DNA from: Piptocephalis cylindrospora
Lineage: Eukaryota
Length of the DNA: 34,756 nucleotides
NCBI GenBank assembly: GCA_003614145.1
Contig: KZ987738.1
Coordinates: 1-34,756 of the forward strand
Reading direction: 5' to 3'
The notes under the pieces are model-generated. The model was not told the origin of the DNA. It worked only from the letters and a program-made list of their open reading frames with translations, and ran no database searches. Below are positions 1 through 9,831 of this stretch, piece by piece. Position numbers and translations under genes: made by a program. Numbering within the stretch: the first letter of the stretch is position 1; the number at the start of each line of letters is the position of its first letter.

Positions 1-96
1 GCCAGAAAGTATAAGTTGTATTGATGAGGCAAATGAAGCAAGAGATGGGGGGGGGACGAATCCTCAACTCAACCTGGTCTTCTTGCCCTACCCTAG

Positions 97-711
97 CTGT
101 TCATTAGTGTGCTTCAAGAAGCACAAAGGTACGTTGCTATTGCGGGTGGTCATAAACTGGGCGCTGTTGATTCAAGGGATAATCATTGTTGAATTTCCTG
201 ATGGGATAATGGTCCAGAGAGTGTACTAATTCTACTTTATTACGTTTAGAGATATGTTCATTCCTCCAGGTCAAGCAGGAGGAGCCGAGAAAGGAAGAGT
301 CAGGTCAGGACCTTGAGAGTAAGAGCATTGACAACACAGATGGGGCAAACAATCACATCGATAGCAAGGGCACAAGTAGCGAGAGTATCCCCCCCGCAAC
401 ATCATCCAACCCAACCCTCCCTTTCGACTTGGAACACCTTACCCAGGATCAGGCAAATCGTCTACGTGAGTCTGGGCTACATTACACCTCGTCGAGTAGA
501 ATCCATCTCACCTCACCTTTCAATAGTAAATGATCCAGTCATGAAGGATTACGCGGGAAATTCCAATATCACCAAGACCCTACGGACTATCTTAGAGGAT
601 CGTGATCCTATGGAAGCCGTCCGTCGGCACCGTCAAGATCCCCATTTCAATCAACTGTGCCACTCCATGCTCGATCGTGTCGTGGATGCAGAGGGAAAGA
701 GGGAGCATTGA
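97..711 (+). CDS. HIT1: zf-HIT protein, HIT1/ZNHIT3(TRIP3)-like box C/D snoRNP assembly factor; 5' end lies outside the window. Exons 97-128, 250-465, 527-711
   Basis: Exon 97-128 reads CSLVCFKKHK, the C-terminal half of a zf-HIT finger. GT-AG introns 129-249 and 466-526 keep the frame. The C-terminal LRTILEDRDPMEAVRRHRQDPHFNQLCHSMLDRV resembles the Hit1/ZNHIT3 C-terminal domain. Confidence 0.8.
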
Positions 712-1056
712 TTCAATGGCCCGGTTTTTCTTCCATCTCCTGCCTTTGCGTGCCGACAAATATAAATATGTATGCATTATTTTTTGTTCTTATCCTTTCC
801 CATCATGCTATCAAGAATGGGACGGCCTAAATCCAACATGAGATTAATAGTGTAGTAGTAGTAGGTCATCATCAAACAAATCTCTCCATCAACAAGGGTT
901 CAGCAGCAGACTGCCGCACACGGTAGCACGGTATCCTTTTTTCCACTGGCTTGCTAAGCAGCTTCCACACACTTCCGCCACCCATAAACATCTTTTCCTT
1001 GACCTTTCTCCTCCCCATCCTCTTAACCCGATATATTCCTATCGCCAAGGTTCAGC

Positions 1057-1513
1057 ATGCTAGGAGCCTTCCGACCTTCCCTCACGTCCTTTAGTGGTCT
1101 CCTCTGGTGAGTGCGCTCCTTCCTCCCTCCATTTCCCTCTTCCTTCGCTCATCTCTGTTCCTCTCCATAGGAAAACACCCTGGAGGATGAGCCAGACCCG
1201 GAAGCGAAACGCGCGTAAGCGGCTCAAGGAGGTGGATGGTGTGATTGACACGTTGATGAACTCGGGTATCCGATGCCGTGCCCTAGTAAGCCTCTCTGCT
1301 ACATCTTGTCGTGAAGACCACTACTCATACCCATCCTCTCCCATCCTGTAGACTCCCTTCCGTGAATACCCAAGAGAGGCCGACCTCTCAGCCAAGGAAA
1401 AATACTCTGTCTTTGCCAAGAACATGGCCGCGTCTGGAGGCCGGAAATCTCTGCACAAGGTGCCTCACTACACCAAGATCCATCTTACTCGTCGTAGCCC
1501 TGATGGCTTCTAA
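1057..1513 (+). CDS. MRPL31: Mitochondrial ribosomal large-subunit protein L31 (mL60). Exons 1057-1106, 1171-1285, 1352-1513
   Basis: Spliced product MLGAFRPSLTSFSGLLWKTPWRMSQTRKRNARKRLKEVD...KEKYSVF...RKSLHKVPHYTKI...PDGF* matches the fungal MRPL31 signatures GLLWKxPWR and KxxHKxPxxT. Both introns have canonical GTGAGT/GTAAGC...AG ends. Confidence 0.93.
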
Positions 1514-1705
1514 ATCTCGTTGGCCTTGTCGTGATCGGGCGATGGGGCGCCATACCGTTCTTCCTCAATGCAATAAAGATATATAACACAGAATCAGCCA
1601 TTTCCCTCTCTATCGACCCCTTTAAACATCACTCAACTAAAAAAATGGTTCATCTATATCGGTGTAATGGATTCATTCCATTCTTTGCTAGATTCCATGA
1701 AGTGC

Positions 1706-4464
1706 TTAAAGCTCATCATGCTCCTTGTTTGATGATGAAGTCTCCTCATCATCCTTCTTCTCCTCATCCTTCTTCTCCTCATCCTTCTCCTCTCCCTCCT
1801 CTTCAGCAGCCTTGGTCTCGGCATTGGCATCAGTGGTCTCGGACTCCACCTTCTTCTCGGGCTTCACCTTCATGGTCTGACCATAAAGGGAGAATTCAAA
1901 GTTAACAAATTGGCCGGCCATGTCCTCGTTGGTGACGACTGGACGTTCCCAGCACTTGAGGGTCGCTTGCTTGGCCAGGTTATCCGAGAGCCATTGGGTC
2001 AGTTCGTTATGGGATGCACGGAGTTCCTCCACTTCCTTGGCATCATGGAACCGGTCCTCCTCGGGCGTGGCATCATACTCCTCAAAGAAGGCCTTGGCCT
2101 TGTCCAGGGCTCCTTGAGATCTCTCCACCGACATGGCCCTACCTTCGTACTCCTCCTTCCGAGTAATCCCAGGAATGTAGAACTTATTGAGTTCGTCTGT
2201 CCTGGATCGGTACATGTTCCGTGTGACCTGACCAAGGCTTCCATCTCCCTCACCCTCAAAGAGCCACTCCGAGGCATCATCGAGACTGGCACGAAGTTTC
2301 TTGATCTCCTCCTCCTCCAAGCAATCGAGGAAACCAACCTTACCCTCTTCACTCTCTTTCTGATCTCCTTCCTCAAAGACCTCACGGATGCGGTAGACCA
2401 GGGACTCTAGGGTGTTACGCGCCTCTTCCTTCTCCTGGAATTTCTGCTCTTCGGCATCCATGAGCTTGAGGCGAGTAATGGCAGCGGCCTTTTCCTCCTG
2501 ATCCATACCAAGCTCCCCAATGTACTTTTGCTTGAGACGGAGCTTGATAATCTTGGTCTCCTTCTTGGGCCCCTTATTGGTCCCCTCCTCCTTTTTGGCT
2601 CCCTTCTCTTCCTTCTTATCTTGCTCCCCTTCTCCAGTCTGGGTCTCTTCGACCTCAATACTGGTTTCCTCGGTCTCAGCACTGGTTTCCTCGGCAGGGT
2701 GAACCAGATCAAGGATCAACTGGGCCTCCAAAGGCTCGACAAGTCCCAGCGGACTGGCCATTTGGAAAATAACCTTGACCCTGGAATCCTCAATAGTTAC
2801 CCCCTTTTCCTCCCCTCCCTCCTGATAAGGGGCAAAGGCCTTGGTCAGGCCAGTGACCTCGACATTCAGATAGGCATCAGGACCAAAAGCCTTGACGGAC
2901 AGGCCAGACTCCTCCCGGGCACCCTGACCATACTCGACGGTAAAGGAAAAGTCAGCGCGCTTCTTGAAAGACATGGCCTTCTTGGAGGTAATGAAGGAGG
3001 CTGGAGGGTAAATGGTGGTACGGGTCAGATCCTCCTCTCCGGCCGGGCCAGCATGGTAGGAGACCTCGATGGGGTAGGGGGATGCTTCACGGATCCGGAC
3101 GTCCCGAACCTTGAACTTAGCGCTCAGACCAGCAGCGCGATAGGAGGCACCAAGGACGACGGCCTCATCTCCATTGAGATTCTGGGCAATTTTATCCTCA
3201 CCAACGTACTCTTTAAGGGCAGCCTGAATGGCCGGACCTCTTACGGACCCACCAACGAGGACCAGGGAGTTGAGATCCTTGACCTGGACTCCAGCCCGAT
3301 TCAAGGCTCTTTCTACCGGGCGAGTGACCTGGGCTAGGAGGTCCTGACCCAGCTCTTCGAGCTCGGAGCGCTTTACCTTGGTGCGGAAATCCCGATCCTG
3401 GTACGCGCCCTCCACGGAGGCCTGAGCCTCAGCATTGGCTGAGAGGATTTCCTTGACCTTGATGGCTTCCTTGGTCAATTTGGCCATGGCCCGACCATTC
3501 CCCTGGATCTCGGCGGCACTGATCTTCCCAGAAGAGGCCTCAGCTAGACGTTGAGTAAAGACACGGGCCAAGCGAGCATCCCACTCGGAGCCACTCAAAC
3601 CTTGTTCAGTGATAGAGGCTAGGACAGTAAGTTGAGTGACGGTCTTGTTGTACCGGGTGGTGTCGGGGACACTGATGGTGTGGAACTCGGTGAGGGTAGC
3701 AGTGGTAGATCCGGCACCCATGTCGTAAAAGAGATGATACTCGGGTTCCTTGGTGAAGATGTTATCCAGGGCGTAGAAGAGGGAGATAGAGGTTCCCTCG
3801 TTCATGAGAGAAATGACACGGATTCCAGCAATCTCAGCGGCATCCACCAGGGCTTGTCGCTGGGTCTTAGTGAAGTCGGTGGGGACAGTGAGGACTGCGC
3901 CCTTGATGGGCTCTTTGGCCTCGGCCTCTGCTAGAGCACGACATTCCCGAAGCATGAAGCCAACGAGCTCCTCAACAGAGTAAGAGGCTCCGGTGGTAGC
4001 GGGGTCACCCTGAATGAAGAGCGGGGTCTTGCGGGTGACATCGGCCTTGGGCGCGATGGAAAAGTGACGCTCGGCCCAGGCCTTGACCTCGGGAGAATCT
4101 GCAGGCAAGCCCAGGAGGCTCTTGAGATCCCTATACGAGTGCTGCGGGAAGCGCATGCCCAGGTTGACAGCGTCTGAGGCATGATATCGGGTATCGTCTC
4201 GGATGGTGATGACGGAAGCGGTCTTTCTCTTGGAATCTCGGTTCAACACTATATCCAAGGGCATCCCAGGTTTGATAATGGCGACCTAAAAGAGAAAGGA
4301 AGGATTGAATATGGAGGAAGAGGATGTGATAGAGCAGGATGATTTACCTTGTAAAAGTCATGGCCAAAGTCTACGGCAATGTGGGCAGCATCTGTGCTGA
4401 CAGCCTTCAGGGCCACGAGAAGGGTCAAGACAGGGCCAAGGGCAAGGAGAGAAGTGAGTCGCAT
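1706..4464 (-). CDS. LHS1: ER-lumenal Hsp70-family nucleotide exchange factor Lhs1/GRP170/HYOU1. Exons 4464-4348, 4285-1706
   Basis: Signal peptide MRLTSLLALGPVLTLLVALKAVSTDA. Hsp70-like motifs AVDFG, IVLNRDSKRKT, FYDMGAGST, LVGGSVR and NLNGDEAVVLGA. Acidic insertion, EEARNTLESLVY, and C-terminal HDEL ER-retention signal. Intron 4286-4347. Confidence 0.96.
1739..1790. repeat. Short coding tandem repeat (TCTCCTCATCCTTCT-like, about 3 copies) encoding EKKDE units in the Lhs1 acidic tail
   Basis: Repeated tctcctcatccttct units are visible directly; the translation is EEKDEEKKDEEKKDDEE. Confidence 0.7.
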
Positions 4465-5761
4465 GAGAGAGAGGAGTCAGGAACGGAGAGGGAAAGGAAG
4501 GGAAAGCAGGGATCAACGAGGAAGGGAGGGAGGGCGGGTGGATGGGTGATCACCGTACGTTGATGAAGGATCTCCTGGAATGAAGGATGAGAGGGTGGAT
4601 CGGGGGAATGGGGGAAGGATGCAAGTGCACGTTGAGACAGGAATAAAGAAGGAAGAAAGAAACTGAAGGAGCGAGGGAGAGATGAAGCGCGTACTGGGAA
4701 TATAATGGATGAGAGAGGATGTGTGTGTGGGTGCCTGGGAGAGCAAGTAGGCTCCTCTGATGGGTGTTGATACTGAAGCCCAGTCGGAGTTGGTGTGAGG
4801 TGACTAGGAGGAATTGGGAGGAGGTGATTGAGTGCGTCTCTTTCTCTCAAACCACCCACACATGTTTATTGCCGCTTCATCCTGGACTATAGATACTGAG
4901 GACTCGCTCATTATACACGTGTGGACACTTCTAGATGATGAGCGGTTGGAAGGGCATGCAATGAAAAGGAAAGGTGTTTTCTTTGAATGAGTTATTTTTG
5001 GATAGGTTAAATTGTAATGTTTATTCATCATTGTACTAGGATGAGCAATGGTGCATAGAATAGGTGAAATGGATGGATGAAAATAAGAATAATGATAGTA
5101 TTAATCATCGAGACTAGAAGTTTCCTCCTCTCAGCTAGTACCCATTTTCAGATGTACCTCTATGTGTTTACTTTTTTGCCTGTAGAGTATTTCTACAGAT
5201 AGAGGCATATTACATCCCTCTGCACGTTGATCCCAGCGGAGACTAATGAATGGTAAAGGTATCCAGTAATCTTTGACTATTGATCGAGGTCAAGGATATC
5301 CTCACACTGCTTATATTGGTCATGTTATGATTTCATTAAAAGATGAAACAGCGTGTTCTTGAATAATGGATCGAAACAAGATCTGTGGTTTCAAACCCGG
5401 TTTATAAGGTGATCAGAAATTACCTTTTTTATATATCTCTATTGCTTAGATGTAACATGCTAAAACATCTCCTAGTGTCACGAGAAGAACCAAGCTCGAT
5501 GAATCGGTTTTCTGACTGAAATTGAACCTCTACACTTAAAAGTAGACTGATTTGACATATTTTCAATTTTCATATCCATCACATAAAAAAGAGTACACAC
5601 TAGCACAACACAATACCTGGCTTCCGGGGATGTCCGCGAGTGTGAGCACTAGCATCTGTGTTGGTTACCCACTTCAAGGCGAAGAAAGGGAGGTACTATT
5701 GTCTCGGCTCGCCTCTTGACCAGCCTCTTTCCTTCTCCCCTTCCTCCATTCCCTAAGTACA

Positions 5762-6625
5762 ATGCACCGATATATCCAGACGCGTGGGTTTATGACCACG
5801 GGTGCTCTGGCCATTCGAAGGACACGAGCTCATGCTGCTGCAGGCAAGGCCACCACCCCTGAGACTGACTCTGCTCCTTCCCAGGAAGCTGGGGAGAAAA
5901 GCCAGAAAAAGACGCAAGCAGAGGCCGACCTGTTCGAATGTCTTCTTTCCATCAAATCCTCGGAAAAGAACACTGCGATCCATGGTGCCTCCAAGGCTGC
6001 GGAGGAACCCGCGTTGGGTAGCCTGGCGAAGCAGGCTGCGTCCATGACCCTGGATCGCAGCCTCGGCACTCCTCCATCCTCTGCCTCTCCTGCTGCTACT
6101 CCAGAGAGGCAGCATGAGGCTGATGAGCTGGAGACTTTCCTCCGAGAAGCCATGAAGCGACAGGATGATTTGGATGTCCAGCGGCTTTGGATCGATGGGC
6201 TGGGCCTCCGGTTTACCCAGCCACCCAAGAGCATCGAGGAAATCAAAGAGAGTATGCGCATGGCTCCACAGATCCTCGCCGAAGCCCATAAGCGTCACAT
6301 TACCCGGAGCAAGCCTCGAGTTGCTGCCCCCATGGACGGAGCGGCCTTTGAGTATGTCATGGACCCCAGGACCCCAAAGGATGCGTGGATTTCCTCCCCG
6401 GGCTATAAGCCTCTCAAAGTGGTGCCCTGGTCCATGTGGACGCATGATCAAGCGGCGAGCTGGGAGAGCCGGCCCGTTCGCGGTCTCTCAGCCCCCGCAG
6501 CCACCACCCTCCTAGCCAATGGGTCTTTGACGAGGAAGCAATCTCGGGACATGGCACGAATTATCCGGACGACCCTTGCCAAGGCTAAGGTCCCTATCCA
6601 AACTCTGGAATCCAGCAAAGTCTAG
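5762..6625 (+). CDS. Hypothetical intronless 287-aa protein with a probable mitochondrial presequence
   Basis: ATG in a good context (ACAATG) after a pyrimidine tract. GC3-rich codon usage like neighbouring genes. N-terminus MHRYIQTRGFMTTGALAIRRTRAHAAA is Arg-rich and acid-free. AATAAA follows at about 6658. No family recognised. Confidence 0.75.
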   Translation: MHRYIQTRGFMTTGALAIRRTRAHAAAGKATTPETDSAPSQEAGEKSQKKTQAEADLFECLLSIKSSEKNTAIHGASKAAEEPALGSLAKQAASMTLDRSLGTPPSSASPAATPERQHEADELETFLREAMKRQDDLDVQRLWIDGLGLRFTQPPKSIEEIKESMRMAPQILAEAHKRHITRSKPRVAAPMDGAAFEYVMDPRTPKDAWISSPGYKPLKVVPWSMWTHDQAASWESRPVRGLSAPAATTLLANGSLTRKQSRDMARIIRTTLAKAKVPIQTLESSKV

Positions 6626-7063
6626 CGTAGAGAGATGTGCGTTTGAGGCGAAAAGGCAATAAACTGATTATTTGATACATACGAGGTTTTATCTATTGTT
6701 GTTACTATCGCCGTTTTGAGACGGGACATGAGTCTAGATGGAATTAATCAGATCTAATTCGATTCTATCGGTTCTCATTGCAATAGAAAATGAGTCCGTT
6801 ATATGATCAGAACGTTTCTATGCAAGGTAAATCTACAATGCTGTTTATCATTAGGGAGGGAATAGAAAAGCTTCCATGGTGTTTATCTTTTCCAGGCATC
6901 GTATGACTGGGTGGAGCCTGCTTGTCATTCGGAGCGATCCATATATCCTATTGTCTGGGCTCAAGTTTGTCTATCTTACCTGCCAAGGCTTTTCTCAACC
7001 CGCTTTTTTCCTACTCTTCATCCAGAGTGCCCCTTGCCTAGGTCATCTTACTGCACAGTCAAC

Positions 7064-8739
7064 ATGTCGACAGACGGTGGGTGGTAGAGGAATGATTGCA
7101 TTGAGGAGAAACACGAACCTAATATCCCTTTTCTCCTTATTCAGTGGACTCGAGCCTCCTCATCCTCATTCTGGATATTAGTCCAGAGCACTGGGCTGTG
7201 CTAGCGCGTGAGGAAGACTTTGAGCTTGAGGATGCTCTAAGACAGCTATTCACCTTTGTCAATGCCCACCTTGCTCTTCGTCATCGGAACACCGTGACCG
7301 TGTACGCTGCTCTTCCCGGGGAAAGGTAAGAGTGGGGATGGGTGGAACGGTCAAGGAGAACAAAATTGAGAAGGCAAGACTCGTATTGACTTTCCCCTAT
7401 GTCACAGCCAATTACTCTATCCTCCTAGCAAGGAAAGGTCATCCTCAGATTCATCGAATACTCACCGAGCCAGCGGTTCCCGAGAAGGGGAGGAAGGGGA
7501 TGGGGAGTCTGGACGATCGGGTACTCCAGGGGCAGAGACGGCGATCAATGGAACCAGCACCAAGAGTGGAGGGGGTGATGGGTCTGGATCCGGGTCTGGA
7601 TCATCGGCATCCTCAGCCTCATCCTCAGATCCCTCGACAACAGGGTATCCCCTATTCCATGAAGTTCAAAAGGCTGTCCTTGGAGGACTAGGGAGGATGC
7701 TGGAACGGTATGACAAATCCATTGGCCCCATGAGTGAAAACAGTATGTGTGAGGTATAGGAGATTAGTCCTTTTCTCTTTACTGACCATAGTACACCATA
7801 AACTTGTTCTACACAGGCCCTAGAAGGCCATCCTCTGTCCCAACAGCCATATCCATGGCGCTCTGCTGTAAGCTTGATGAATTACCTTTCTGTCTTCATC
7901 CTACTGACTCTTTGCTCCAATGTATGTAGATGCCCATAGGATCATTACAGGTTCTTTGGGCCCAGGAGCGGATGGGATGGATGGGGCAATGGGTCGGACT
8001 GCAGGGGATGCGATTTCCTCAGTTGATCATCCTTCCAAGGGTAGGCCTGGAGTGCTTGGATCAGGCCCGACCGGAGTGACCCAGGCACCAGATATGATGG
8101 CAGGAGGATTGGATGGTAAAACCCATGCCCGTATTCTCCTCCTCTCTCTCTCCCCTGATGTGGCTTCCCAGTATGTGCCATTGATGAATTGTATCTTTTC
8201 GGCACAGAAGGCGGTAAGTACATTTCCTTTCTACTTTAAAATCCATAGACAATTGGTCATTAAAGTGCCTTCGTCTCTTACCTCCTCCCTTCCTCTCCTC
8301 AGGGCATCCCTGTCGATGTCTGCAAATTGGGGGCAAGTAAGGCATCCTTTCTTCAACAGGCAGCTCACATTACCTCGGGCTACTATGCGCACATTACCCC
8401 GTCCAAGACGATGCTCCAGCACTTGATGGTACGTGAAGTGCTTTTATATATGATGGATGACTCTGTCTTGATGCACGCCTCCTTGTGGAAAAATGACTTT
8501 TTGCTGATGCATGCCTCTGGTCCCTCCTGTACATACAGTTCACATTCCTTCCTGATCATCGTGCCCGCGGTATTCTTCGACCCCCGGAAAGGCACGAGGT
8601 GGACTTTCGAGCAGCATGCTTTTGCCATCGTAAGGTCATTGACTCGGGATACGTATGTTCCGTGTGTCTCTCCATCTTTTGTGATCGTCTGGCCCAGTGT
8701 AGTACGTGTGGGATGCGGTTTCCTGAGGAAGAGTCCTGA
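7064..8739 (+). CDS. TFB4: TFIIH core subunit Tfb4/p34 (GTF2H3). Exons 7064-7076, 7145-7325, 7408-7742, 7817-7867, 7930-8213, 8303-8428, 8539-8739
   Basis: Motifs SLLILILDISP, FVNAHLA, AISMALCYAHR, QYVPLMNCIFSAQK, IPVDVC, FLQQAAHITSGYY, and the C-terminal zinc finger VDFRAACFCHRKVIDSGYVCSVCLSIFC...CSTC. Six GT-AG introns keep the frame. Confidence 0.96.
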
Positions 8740-9280
8740 AACATAAGGATGGAAACAGAAGCCATAGAGGCTGGGAATATATTGAATGTATGCTTTGAAA
8801 AAGAAATAACTATCTAGAAATATCATGAACCTTTCTTCTTGGCATGTCATGTTCGAGTAGGTTTGTACCATTTCCTTCGACGCATCTTTAGAGCAGCACA
8901 GAGACACCTTCCTCTCCCTCTCCCTCTCTTCCTCTGGTATATTTAGTCGTCTTTCCCTCTCATTCTATCCAATCGAGTATACACCCTTTACCCGGGAACT
9001 AGCAGAAACATGAAGGCACACAGGCCCGGTAACCCCTCAGTATGTCATCCTCACTGGCCGGGGATGTTCCGACGCCGCGGGGGTTGAATCGGAGTTGATA
9101 GCGACAGACCGGAGTTAGAAAATTGATAAAGAACTTTGTGGTTCCTCCACCATCTATATGAAGAGGAAGGATAGATGAAGCGGAGGTGAGTGAGGTAGAG
9201 GAGTGCGCTACCAGTCCTCTCTGACTCGTCTTGCTTGCCCTACTTGGCATGGGTCCCGGGCCAGGGAGTAAGAGGGCGAC

Positions 9281-9288
9281 TATATAAA
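9281..9288 (+). promoter_or_regulatory. Candidate TATA box (TATATAAA) of the secreted repeat-protein gene
   Basis: Consensus TATATAAA immediately upstream of a long CT-rich leader, about 550 nt before the ATG at 9832. Confidence 0.55.
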
Positions 9289-9525
9289 CCCCGAGGGGAA
9301 GGGATAGTTATCCTTTTCTTCCCTCTTTCCTCTCCTTCTCTTGCGCCCGCTAAAACCACTCATTCACTCACTCACTCATCCACCCTAACGCCCTTCTTTC
9401 CCTCATCTCTTTGTCTTTGCCTTACGTCGCACTGACTACTATCCGTTTCCTTCATTGCCATCCCCTCACCCTTCTCTGACACGACTCTCTTTTCTCCGTC
9501 TTTGCAGCTCTCCTTCCCCTTCCAG

Positions 9526-9635
9526 GTAAGTTTATCGGGAAGAGAATTGTCCATGATCTGGTAAAGCATTTTATTTCTCCTCATAATCCTACTTATCTGA
9601 CTAATCCTACTCATCTGACTACCCTGATGGTGTAG
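9526..9635 (+). other. Probable 5'-UTR intron containing an 18-nt tandem duplication
   Basis: Perfect donor CAG|GTAAGT at 9526. Branch-like CTGAC/CTAAT motifs lie inside the repeat TAATCCTACT(T/C)ATCTGAC x2 (9584-9619). Acceptor TGTAG ends at 9635. Confidence 0.6.
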
Positions 9636-9831
9636 ACGCCCACCCACCCACATCACATCGTACCCTATCAACTCATCTCGCGCTTTCCTTCACACTCCAT
9701 CCACTCAAACCCATTCGAATCGCTTCAACTCAAACTAACCAGCCGCAACCTCACGAATCCTCCATCAACCGATATCCCCGTCCTCATTGCCATCACTCCC
9801 ACCTTCAGGCCTCCGTTTCACTGCTCACAAC

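Noticed and set aside
1910..3934. Long plus-strand ORFs (1910-2410, 2528-3337, 3632-3934) antisense to LHS1
   Set aside because: Shadow ORFs produced by the codon bias of the real minus-strand gene; Leu/Gly-rich translations with no recognisable motif.
8450..8510. Possible intronic box C/D snoRNA in the last TFB4 intron (ATGATGG...CTGA)
   Set aside because: Imperfect C box, no terminal stem, and the CTGA coincides with the likely branch point.
9186..9225. TGAGGTAGAGGAGTGCG resembling the 5' end of a bacterial lysine riboswitch, plus a small AGAGGA/TCCTCT stem
   Set aside because: The remaining riboswitch helices are absent, the context is eukaryotic and the downstream gene is unrelated.
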